Source of the DNA: Parasphingorhabdus sp.
GTDB taxonomy: Bacteria; Pseudomonadota; Gammaproteobacteria; Arenicellales; CAJQKF01
Length of the DNA stretch: 64,000 nt
Direction: 5' to 3'
Assembly: GCA_047615875.1 (NCBI GenBank)
Contig: JBLHGU010000003.1
Location: forward strand, 8,476-72,475
Shown here: positions 45,432 to 53,665 of the stretch, piece after piece
Position numbering within the stretch: position 1 is the stretch's first letter
Layout: each line of letters starts with the position of its first letter
Notes under the pieces: model-generated
The model's input: the letters and a program-made list of their open reading frames with translations, nothing else
Database searches by the model: none
What the model was told of the DNA's origin: nothing
Translations under genes and position numbers: made by a program

Positions 45432-45929
45432 TTACACAATGTATAACCCGAGATCGATAGCCGCAGTAACTCCTGCAGCGGTGATTACATTATCGTCTTC
45501 TACAATTCTATCGCTTGAGGTTTTCACACCTTTGTCTGATAGCATTTCTCGAACGCCAGGATGAGTTGTTGCTATACGACCCTGCAGAAAATTAGCAGAC
45601 GCCAAGATTAAACTGCCTGAGCAGACAGATGCTTTAATTGGAACTGAATTAGCAGTTTTTATCCATCTGATAAATATTTCATCATCCTGCAATGAAACTG
45701 CGCCTGGTCCTCCAGGCATTATGAGAAGATCGTATTTTTCCAGCGATTCCCCGACACAGTCAACCAGAATGCCAAGGCCACGATCATCCGTAACTTTTGG
45801 GGTGAGGGCGCATACTTTCCAATTAAAGCTGGTATCAAAACCCATCGACTTTATTCGGGTTAAAGGATCATATATGCCAATGAAATCCAGAGATGTCATA
45901 TTGTCATATACGACGAATGCCACCTTCAT
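45432..45929 (-). CDS. DJ-1/PfpI family protein, apparently truncated by an in-frame TAA (continuation 45369..45431)
   Basis: LLIMPGGPG and ASVCSGSLILA form the nucleophile-elbow Cys. After the TAA at 45432-45434 the same frame reads KLKGPEIREQIARQMNYPNA*, resembling the usual C-terminal helix of this family. Confidence 0.8.
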   Translation of the reverse strand: MKVAFVVYDNMTSLDFIGIYDPLTRIKSMGFDTSFNWKVCALTPKVTDDRGLGILVDCVGESLEKYDLLIMPGGPGAVSLQDDEIFIRWIKTANSVPIKASVCSGSLILASANFLQGRIATTHPGVREMLSDKGVKTSSDRIVEDDNVITAAGVTAAIDLGLYIV

Positions 45930-46217
45930 TAATTCATTTCCTTAGTCTTGTTCGTCCAATTTTCTAACAATTCCACAATCTCTGTAAAACTAAGCTTTCT
46001 TGCATGCATTTAGACAAACCACCTGATGATTTGGTAATTAACGCAGTATCACTACCATATCCTGCGATTGATAGAGCCGTGATAGATCGGCGCATCGTTA
46101 GATGCATGACTGTGTTCCGAGTCATCCTGGTGTATTATTCGAGAACTGAATTATCTAGCTAATACAACGACAGCATATTTTGATGAAACGTAAATTGTGG
46201 AAAAATATTCAAATAAC

Positions 46218-46643
46218 ATGAGAATGAGCAAACTAATTTCTATCGCGATGGTATTCGTGTGTGGTGTTTTTTATTTTAGCCTATCCCACGCCGATATGAA
46301 TGTTATCGGAAAATGGTCGGGTATAGACTCCGATGGAGATACTGCGACATTCGTATTCAATGAAGATAATAGTGCTGAATTGAAACTAGAGGGTGTTCCG
46401 CTGTTAAGTTCAGCAAATCTGGTACATGGTAGCGTAGAGTGGGTTACTAATACGGACTATGATCCTATACATCTGGATATCGTGATTTTAATTGATTCAG
46501 CAGAGAAACAGCAAATACCTATGGTTGCTCGATTTGTTGATGATCAAACACTTAGAATACTTATATCTCGCGATATGAAAAGCAGACCAAAAGGATTTGC
46601 TATAAATAAAGATGTTTTTCAAGTGCTGGCTAAAAAACAATGA
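46218..46643 (+). CDS. Exported hypothetical protein (lipocalin-like by composition)
   Basis: MRMSKLISIAMVFVCGVFYFSLSHA is signal-like, and the rest is beta-rich. The track start is a GTG at 46197. Confidence 0.6.
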   Translation: MRMSKLISIAMVFVCGVFYFSLSHADMNVIGKWSGIDSDGDTATFVFNEDNSAELKLEGVPLLSSANLVHGSVEWVTNTDYDPIHLDIVILIDSAEKQQIPMVARFVDDQTLRILISRDMKSRPKGFAINKDVFQVLAKKQ

Positions 46644-46676
46644 TCTGGCAACCGGACAAATATTTGTAACTGTATT

Positions 46677-47438
46677 CTAGTTACGCTTGACCGGTTTTTT
46701 TAGTATCCAAATATAACCTGGAACTAACCAGATCATATAATTAGCAATAAATGTAGCGATCTTATGTTTTTTGGATCCTGGTTTTATCATGTAGTCAGCT
46801 TTATACTTTTTAGGGTCTCTCAAAATATTGGGCGTATAGTCAGTCATAGAAAATTGACCTACAAGTTTTCTTAGTCCCCAATAAGTAAAATGTTTCTCAT
46901 GATAAAAGTCACCTTTACCTGCTAACTTCATGTAGAGATGTGCCAGAGGGCGTGGGATGATGGACAAGAAGGGCAGGTTGTAATGAGGCTCATTTACCAT
47001 TATTCGATTTCCAGCTGCAAAGTAAACAATACCACCTGGTTTTAGGACTCTAAAGATTTCGGACATTAGAATTTTTGCATCGGGAACGTGTTCATACACC
47101 TGAGAGCACACTACTACATCAAAAGAATCAGGTTCGTATTGCATATCCATTGCATCGCCGAATTCAAACACCAATCCTTGTTTCTGGAAATTCTCCTTTG
47201 CAAACAAAATGGCTTTTTCATCAATATCTATCCCGGTTACCTGCAGGAAATATCTAGATAGATATTCATCGATAATCCCTGCTGAGCCACCGACATTTAG
47301 AGCGCAAAGTTGATCAAGTGGTTCGCTGCTAAAATCAGACAAAACACTGATCATCGTGCCGGCTTTCTTTCTTCTGCCCGCGGCATCAAACATCGCAGTA
47401 CTGTTATCAGAAAAGTTGTGTTGGTAACTTCGCTCCAA
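46677..47438 (-). CDS. Class I SAM-dependent methyltransferase
   Basis: LNVGGSAGII is motif I (a GxGxG variant). DVVVCSQVYEHV and LKPGGIVYF are motifs II/III. Confidence 0.8.
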   Translation of the reverse strand: MERSYQHNFSDNSTAMFDAAGRRKKAGTMISVLSDFSSEPLDQLCALNVGGSAGIIDEYLSRYFLQVTGIDIDEKAILFAKENFQKQGLVFEFGDAMDMQYEPDSFDVVVCSQVYEHVPDAKILMSEIFRVLKPGGIVYFAAGNRIMVNEPHYNLPFLSIIPRPLAHLYMKLAGKGDFYHEKHFTYWGLRKLVGQFSMTDYTPNILRDPKKYKADYMIKPGSKKHKIATFIANYMIWLVPGYIWILKKPVKRN

Positions 47439-47566
47439 GTTAGTTTCTCATCCAGGTGTTTTGTAAGAGTGACACTAACTTTACCAACTAATATTTAGTG
47501 CAGTTAGATTATAAACAGATCAGTTAGCGTGGTTATAGGCACTTAATTGTTTTACAGCTCCCGTCG

Positions 47567-48028
47567 CTACGGGGTAACTGGTCTCACGTGTTTATGTATT
47601 TTCGCAGAGTTTCTACCTTCTTCATATTGTGGTGAGCCATCACACATCTTAAACCAGTTAGCTTTTGATCCGACGTAAATGTGCGCATCCGGGCGTAGAT
47701 TAATTTCACTATCAAGGGTTCCAAGAGCAAACTCGATTAACTCGCCGGAGTCATCAGCTACAGCAAATATCATGCTGGAACCACATAGCCTACAAAACTT
47801 TCTCACGGTTCCGTTTTTAGCTTTGTAACTTGCTAAAAGTTTCTCTCCTTCGGTCCAACGAAAATTATCCGCTTTCGCCTCGCCCAATGTAGCGAATGCG
47901 GCACCGTGAAACTTACGACACATCGAACAATGACAATGTCCCATTCTGGGTTCAATTTCATCTGCTTCGTATTTAATTGACCCGCATAAACAACTGCCGA
48001 TGTAAGGCGTATTTTTATTATCTGACAT
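47567..48028 (-). CDS. GFA family protein
   Basis: CLCGSIKY...CHCSMCRK...FCRLCGS. Confidence 0.8.
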   Translation of the reverse strand: MSDNKNTPYIGSCLCGSIKYEADEIEPRMGHCHCSMCRKFHGAAFATLGEAKADNFRWTEGEKLLASYKAKNGTVRKFCRLCGSSMIFAVADDSGELIEFALGTLDSEINLRPDAHIYVGSKANWFKMCDGSPQYEEGRNSAKIHKHVRPVTP

Positions 48029-48148
48029 AGCTAAACCTCGGTTACATTTTCGATATCATTTTAGTTTTTGACAGTACAGCTACAGCGTGACATTGCCTTC
48101 AACCAAAATATGCACCTGTCCGCCAATCTGTATGTTGTTACCTTTTTT

Positions 48149-48928
48149 TCAAGGACGGATCGACACGCGACCATGTCTGCCAATGGTGGTGCCTTGTGCA
48201 ATTTTAGTTGCGCCCGTTAGACGCCCTTCCGCACTCATCCAGTGTGGCATGGCAGCATTCAAAGAGCCGGTGATCGGATCTTCACTCATGCCACTTGATG
48301 GGGCCAGCATACGCACCTCGTAGGCACATTCTGATCCCGGTGGGTGTGCACCAATAAGCCCGATGGACTTGAATGTTGGCCATCTAACCCGCGACGAATC
48401 TACCGCTAGCACTGCCTCCGCAGAGTTAAGCTGTAGAACTTGCCAAACTGGGCCGTTATCGAGTTGGGCCGTATGTAGAATAGAGTCGTATGGGATCTCA
48501 AGTGTCTCAACAATAACGTCAAACAGATCAGTCTGCATCGCTTCAATCTTAGTTGGCGGAGCTACGAACTCCAGTAAATTTTCATCGCTAACATCGATTT
48601 CAATAATGCCTACGGCGCACTCCTGACGTACGATGCCCTGTTCCCGTGGGACACCACCTGTTTGCAGCCACGCAGCGCAACTTCCAAGCGTTGGATGACC
48701 CGCAAACGGCATCTCCCGCGTTGGTGTGAAAATACGCACTTTGTAGTCAGCGGCTGAATTTTCAGGTGGTAGAAGAAAAGTTGTCTCAGCGAGATTGGTC
48801 CAGGCTGCAAACTGACGCATTTGCTCTTCGGAAATACCTTGCGCATCGACCACAACAGCAAGAGGATTGCCCCGGGTTGGTATGGGACTGAATACATCAC
48901 ATTGAATGAACCGGCGGGACTTCATCAT
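48149..48928 (-). CDS. PhzF-family isomerase, apparently truncated by an in-frame TGA (continuation 48080..48148)
   Basis: DVFS..P..GNPLAVV...E..FAGHPTLGS are PhzF motifs. After the TGA (48149-48151) the same frame continues KKGNNIQIGGQVHILVEGNVTL*, matching the usual PhzF C-terminal strand pair. Confidence 0.8.
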   Translation of the reverse strand: MMKSRRFIQCDVFSPIPTRGNPLAVVVDAQGISEEQMRQFAAWTNLAETTFLLPPENSAADYKVRIFTPTREMPFAGHPTLGSCAAWLQTGGVPREQGIVRQECAVGIIEIDVSDENLLEFVAPPTKIEAMQTDLFDVIVETLEIPYDSILHTAQLDNGPVWQVLQLNSAEAVLAVDSSRVRWPTFKSIGLIGAHPPGSECAYEVRMLAPSSGMSEDPITGSLNAAMPHWMSAEGRLTGATKIAQGTTIGRHGRVSIRP

Positions 48929-49058
48929 ATTTTCCTGGTGGTTTTGATCATTATTTCAATTATAGACATAACACCTTCCCCTACATAGCTGTCAGGATAC
49001 GCTTTAAAAAACTCGATCCAGCGCACTTCCCGTCAGGCCAGGTCTGATCATCCTTAAA

Positions 49059-50951
49059 TCACTCAGGGAAACCGGCCATTCGAAGTCCTTCAATATAGCG
49101 GTCTTTATCTTCACTACGCCTGTATGCAGAGTTGCTTCTTTCGCGCTGCAGCGTCAATTCTGGTCGGAGTGTCAGAACTTCTGTCACGGTCCAATTGGCA
49201 TCATCAATTCGACCGAGATGCCCATAAACAGATGCCAGAAGCACGTGCACCCTGTCAAACGAAGGATTGCGTTCTATGGCTTGCTCAAGTAATAAAGCCG
49301 CCTCATCATATCTTTGATCCATGAATAGGGCGATTGCTCGTACATACATGTAAATTTGAGAATATATCGGATTAAGTTGGTAAGCCTTCGCAATTTCTAA
49401 AAGTGATTCTTCGTGCTTGCCAGAGTTGGCTAACCCAAATGCTAGTTGTGCGTGACCATCGGCGTAGTTTGGCTCCAGGTCCACTACGCGCCTGCCAATT
49501 ACCTCGGCTTCGTCAAAACGCCCCTGAGCCTGCAGCATTGCGGCTTTTGCAAAATATGCACGAACTACAGTGTCGTCTAACTCCAGAGCGCGATTAATCG
49601 CTATAAGTCCCTGACGAATCGATTGTTCTCGGTTCGGCGTCCAGCTCATATTAATGTCGATAGCGTGGGTTAGGCCGATCCCGGCCCATGCTCGAGCGTA
49701 ATGGGGATCGATACGCACCGCCTTCTCATAGAGCCCGCGCCCCGCAATATTGTCTTCCCGCGTGAATCGTGCCTGAACCTGGAGTGCTCGAAGCCGAACC
49801 TCATATGCCTCGATATTTGTAGTCTCTAAGTTGCCTAAACGAGTTCGCTCTATATCTGTAAGATTAACGGATAATGCTTTTACTATGCTCTGCGACACTT
49901 CATCCTGCAGTGCAAATACATCCATAATTTTGCGATCGTATCGATCCGCCCAGATATGGCCACCGTCTCTGCCGTCTATAAGCTGCGCATTTATTCGAAC
50001 CTCGTCGCCTGATCGGCGAACGCTGCCCTCAAGAATGTATCGAGCCCCCAGATCTTTTGAGACCTGACGCAGGTCAATTGCCAAGCCCTTATATACAAAT
50101 GTGGAATTGCGAGCGATTACCACTAAGCCAGATATCTTCGATAAATCGGTAATCAGATCTTCGGTCATTCCATCAGCAAAGTATTCTTGATCAGAACTAT
50201 CGCTCATATTGACGAATGGCATAACAGCGATCGAGGGCTTTTTCTGTACCTGTACCTGTACCTGACTGCTCTGATCAAGCGTTGAGTTGTCGCCTTTGAA
50301 CCAAGGCAGAAAATAGCTAACTAAACCTGCTGATATCGCACCCAGTAGAATAATGCCTACCATTATCGGAAAGTTTTTCGGAAATCTCGCAAACGTCGAA
50401 GTAACTATCGGTGCTGGCACGCTGGCATTGGTATTTAGTTTTACCTCGTATATCCGTATTGAATCGTCAAATCCTTTGAGCTCCTTTTCACCCAGGTTAG
50501 TTATCTCAAAGGGTAAACGCCTTGGCAACGCCTCGTGTATGGCGCTGGTGATATTCACGCCACCAGGGCTTGAGAACTGCTCAATTCGCTGTGCTAATAC
50601 AACTCCAGAGCCAGTTATAGTTGCGTTGGCGATAATGACCTCACCCATGGCGACTCCAATGCGAAGGTCTGGCCGAATGTTATTAGTCAGTAGTGCATTG
50701 AGTTCTGTATTGGATATCTGAAAAGCGATCGCTGCGCAGACCGCATCAGAAGCTTTGCTGAATTCCGCAACTAAAGCGTCGCCTCGAACTTCGTGGGCGA
50801 TACCGCCATAGGATGTGATGACATCAGCTAGACGCCTTAACGCATCGGTAATGCGAAGGTGAGCATGTTTTTCATCTCTCTGTACAAGCTCGGTCGAGCC
50901 TATAATGTCAGCATGAAGGATAACGACTAAACTGCTTGATATTTCGTTCAA
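49059..50951 (-). CDS. Class III nucleotidyl cyclase - TM - COG5616/TolB-N-like - TPR signalling protein
   Basis: ILHADIIGST...RGDALVAEF...RIGVAMGEV is the cyclase core. A TM helix FPIMVGIILLGAISAGLVSYFLPWF follows, then KPSIAVMPFVNMSDSSDQEYFADGMTEDLITDLSK...RINAQLIDGRDGGHIWADRYDR and TPR repeats. Confidence 0.87.
   Translation of the reverse strand: MNEISSSLVVILHADIIGSTELVQRDEKHAHLRITDALRRLADVITSYGGIAHEVRGDALVAEFSKASDAVCAAIAFQISNTELNALLTNNIRPDLRIGVAMGEVIIANATITGSGVVLAQRIEQFSSPGGVNITSAIHEALPRRLPFEITNLGEKELKGFDDSIRIYEVKLNTNASVPAPIVTSTFARFPKNFPIMVGIILLGAISAGLVSYFLPWFKGDNSTLDQSSQVQVQVQKKPSIAVMPFVNMSDSSDQEYFADGMTEDLITDLSKISGLVVIARNSTFVYKGLAIDLRQVSKDLGARYILEGSVRRSGDEVRINAQLIDGRDGGHIWADRYDRKIMDVFALQDEVSQSIVKALSVNLTDIERTRLGNLETTNIEAYEVRLRALQVQARFTREDNIAGRGLYEKAVRIDPHYARAWAGIGLTHAIDINMSWTPNREQSIRQGLIAINRALELDDTVVRAYFAKAAMLQAQGRFDEAEVIGRRVVDLEPNYADGHAQLAFGLANSGKHEESLLEIAKAYQLNPIYSQIYMYVRAIALFMDQRYDEAALLLEQAIERNPSFDRVHVLLASVYGHLGRIDDANWTVTEVLTLRPELTLQRERSNSAYRRSEDKDRYIEGLRMAGFPE
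50244..50264. repeat. Hexanucleotide repeat (ctgtac x3.5) encoding QVQVQVQ in the linker of the 49059..50951 cyclase
   Basis: Counted directly on the + strand. Confidence 0.9.
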
Positions 50952-51109
50952 AGGCGCTCCTCGACAGAGTCCCGTTACAAACTAACAGCATTCTATCCTA
51001 TACGAGTTCCCGTAATTTCCAGAAATTCGTACTTTATTCGGTCGAAAGCCTGATTTTAGGATCATGGGTTAGTTGCAGTGGCCAAAGATTTTTTCCTCGG
51101 TTATTGTTA

Positions 51110-51526
51110 TTAAGGGCCTACTGTCTCGGGTTGCATACCATCAGAAACGACAGCATCTGCTTCAAATTCAACTAGCCATTCAGGGTTCACAAAACGAGAA
51201 ACCTGCATTATCGTATCCACTGGCCGGATGTCTTTGAAGTATTCCGCCCTAACATCAATCACACTTTTCCAGTCATCAATGTTGGTCAAGATTACGCGCG
51301 TACGCACAACATCTTGCATTCCCGAGCCCGCTTTCTCCAATGCTTCCTTTATTATTTCCAGGCACCTTCTTGCCTGGGCGGCTGGGTCACCAATGCCAAC
51401 AGTTTTACCGGCAGAGTCTACCGGTGCCGTACCGCCAACTGAAATATAGGGACCAACTCTTACTGCGCGGCAAAATCCAACGACTGTTTCCATTGGATTG
51501 CCGTTTGATACAAGTACTCGTTTCAT
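51110..51526 (-). CDS. RidA/YjgF/TdcF-family (Rid) protein
   Basis: 138 aa. ...VRVGPYISVGGT...AQARRCLEIIKEALEKAGSGMQDVVRTRV.L......W fits the Rid fold pattern. Confidence 0.7.
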   Translation of the reverse strand: MKRVLVSNGNPMETVVGFCRAVRVGPYISVGGTAPVDSAGKTVGIGDPAAQARRCLEIIKEALEKAGSGMQDVVRTRVILTNIDDWKSVIDVRAEYFKDIRPVDTIMQVSRFVNPEWLVEFEADAVVSDGMQPETVGP

Positions 51527-51634
51527 AGCGTCGCCTCAGGCAAAAATTAAAAAGAAATCTTAGTGGTCAATACCTAACCTCGAAGTGGCACGGAGCTTGA
51601 AAAGATTTAGGGACCTCCTATAAGAAGAACGTTA

Positions 51635-52033
51635 CTAATGGTCGTCCCACTCTTCAAATTGTTGTGCCGAACCACCAATATGATCCCAGGGCGCTTTTGA
51701 TCCAACAAATATGTGTTTTTCAATATCAACCCCCGGATCTCCGTCTACGGTTCCTAAAGTGATGCCCATAACATTGCCTTTATACAGACCGCATAAGGTT
51801 GATCCACAAATACTACAAAACCCCAGACCCCAACCCTTTTTTGATTCATATTTATGGACTTTATCTTCACCAATCGCCCACTTGAATTTACTTGGATCAC
51901 TAATTTCAGCGAACGCGGAAGCAGCACCACTAAAGGCTTTACGACAACGCGAGCAATGACACGATCTGGCATTTTTCAATGGACTGTCAATTTCGTATTT
52001 AACGGAGCCACAAAAACATTCCCCCTTTATCAT
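51635..52033 (-). CDS. GFA family protein
   Basis: CFCGSVKY...CHCSRCRK...FCSICGS. Confidence 0.8.
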   Translation of the reverse strand: MIKGECFCGSVKYEIDSPLKNARSCHCSRCRKAFSGAASAFAEISDPSKFKWAIGEDKVHKYESKKGWGLGFCSICGSTLCGLYKGNVMGITLGTVDGDPGVDIEKHIFVGSKAPWDHIGGSAQQFEEWDDH

Positions 52034-52107
52034 TTAGATAACCTTTGCAGTCATAAAAACTTTCCCTTGCATACTTCTACACCAGTATATTGAGTATTCG
52101 TACAATT

Positions 52108-52413
52108 CTATTCAAAAACCGGGCGAAAGAAGCTGCGTTCGTAGCTAACGATGCAATGTGTATCTTGCGCATACTGAAAGGCTGCTTTGCAATCTGCATC
52201 ATCAAAAGAATTATTTCGATATTCTTCGTATTTGGACAAACTCGGGAATGTAAACATGGCAAGCGCAATATTACTTGCTCCTTCAGAGGGTAAAAAATAG
52301 CCATGGTGATTGCCACCGAACTTCTCGACTAGAGGAATCCAAAGCTTGCCGTAATGTTCAAATTCAGCCAATTTTATTGGGTCTATTATGTAGCGTATGT
52401 AACAAGTAACCAT
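52108..52413 (-). CDS. NIPSNAP-family protein
   Basis: 101 aa. Y.I.P.K..EFE.Y...W.P.....G..HGYF.P.EG..N.A.A.F.F.SL..YE.YR fits the NIPSNAP pattern from memory. Confidence 0.65.
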   Translation of the reverse strand: MVTCYIRYIIDPIKLAEFEHYGKLWIPLVEKFGGNHHGYFLPSEGASNIALAMFTFPSLSKYEEYRNNSFDDADCKAAFQYAQDTHCIVSYERSFFRPVFE

Positions 52414-52484
52414 GATTTATCTCAGATAACTAACGAAAAACTGTACTTCATTGCTGAACATTTTAATTGAACAGCACGTTGCCT

Positions 52485-53114
52485 TTAGACTTTTCTATCG
52501 GTAAATGCCAGACTCAAGCCCATACCAAGGTAGATAAATCCACTTGTATACTTAGGCAATGATCCCAGCATTAGCTGCCGGCTGAAAACATTCCGGAGGC
52601 TGCTTGCAAAAAGTGCGAATGAACCATCAGTGCAGATAGCCAGTGCCACATACAACAGGCCTAGTTGCATAAACTGTATTGATATTGACCCTTGCTCAGG
52701 CGTTACAAATTGAGGCAAGAAAGCCAGAAAAAATAGTGCTATTTTTGGATTAAGGACGCTGATCAAAATCCCGTCTGCAAATATTCGATATAACGATTCT
52801 GGTTTTGGTGCCTGGAAATCAGCAGTCGGTTGGCGAGATAGTAATGTTCGAACTCCTAAGTAAATTAAATAAAATACGCCCAGGAATTTCACAATACTAA
52901 AAGCCGTTGCAGAGCTAAGTAAAATCGCAGAAAGCCCAGCGGTTGCCGCTATAACATGCACCAGGGCCCCAGTTGACAAGCCCAAAACTGAAACCATACC
53001 GGCCTTGCGACCCTGAACAAGGCTGCGAGTCACAACGTATAAAACTCCCGGCCCGGGAATGAGTAGAACTATCAGTGCTGCGAGAATAAATCCTGCTAAA
53101 GATGTGTCACTCAT
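52485..53114 (-). CDS. LysE/RhtB-family amino-acid exporter
   Basis: 209 aa with ~6 TM helices. The N-terminal PGPGVLYVVTRSL motif is typical of LysE/RhtB. Confidence 0.8.
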   Translation of the reverse strand: MSDTSLAGFILAALIVLLIPGPGVLYVVTRSLVQGRKAGMVSVLGLSTGALVHVIAATAGLSAILLSSATAFSIVKFLGVFYLIYLGVRTLLSRQPTADFQAPKPESLYRIFADGILISVLNPKIALFFLAFLPQFVTPEQGSISIQFMQLGLLYVALAICTDGSFALFASSLRNVFSRQLMLGSLPKYTSGFIYLGMGLSLAFTDRKV

Positions 53115-53138
53115 AGTAGAGATTTATAACGATCCAAT

Positions 53139-53591
53139 TTACAAAATTAATTTCATTTCTAGCAGCGAGGGTTCGAAGCTCATTTTTTCATAGGCCTTTA
53201 TCGCAGAGTTATTCCCCGAGTAAACATCCAGGTAAATAGCGTTTACCCCCTTGCTCCTGGTCCAGGAAATAAGTTGTTCAATTATAGTCTTGTTTATACC
53301 CTTTCCTCGATAATCGGGTGCTACATACATAAAGCCAAGATAGGAGTGAATATTATGGATGAGTGATGGTTTTGTGCGGGTTAATTGCGCATACCCTGTG
53401 GCGATAATAGTGTTTGTATCTTCAGCCACGACTAAACAGCAATCCTCGTCCAATATCAGTTTCTCGATATCGTAGTATGTGGGATTGCCTGGTTTTACAT
53501 GTGAGTCAAATGGTCGTTCTGCTTCAATCAGTTTTTGCTCTAACTCACGTAAGAGTGAAAGATCTTCAATGCTCGCTTCTCTAAATATCAA
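53139..53591 (-). CDS. GNAT-family N-acetyltransferase
   Basis: YVAPDYRGKGINKTIIEQLISW is the acetyl-CoA binding motif A (R/Q-x-x-G-x-G/A). Confidence 0.8.
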   Translation of the reverse strand: MIFREASIEDLSLLRELEQKLIEAERPFDSHVKPGNPTYYDIEKLILDEDCCLVVAEDTNTIIATGYAQLTRTKPSLIHNIHSYLGFMYVAPDYRGKGINKTIIEQLISWTRSKGVNAIYLDVYSGNNSAIKAYEKMSFEPSLLEMKLIL

Positions 53592-53665
53592 TTCTGATTA
53601 CCTGCTTTGGGTGTAGGGTTTGGTGCGAATTGGGTAAACCATAAGCGTTCATGTATAACATCAAA

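Noticed and set aside
48149-48151. The TGA in the PhzF-like gene read as selenocysteine.
   Set aside because: The position is in a non-catalytic C-terminal loop. I noticed no SECIS-like hairpin immediately downstream. A second gene nearby has an in-frame TAA, so simple nonsense mutation is more parsimonious.
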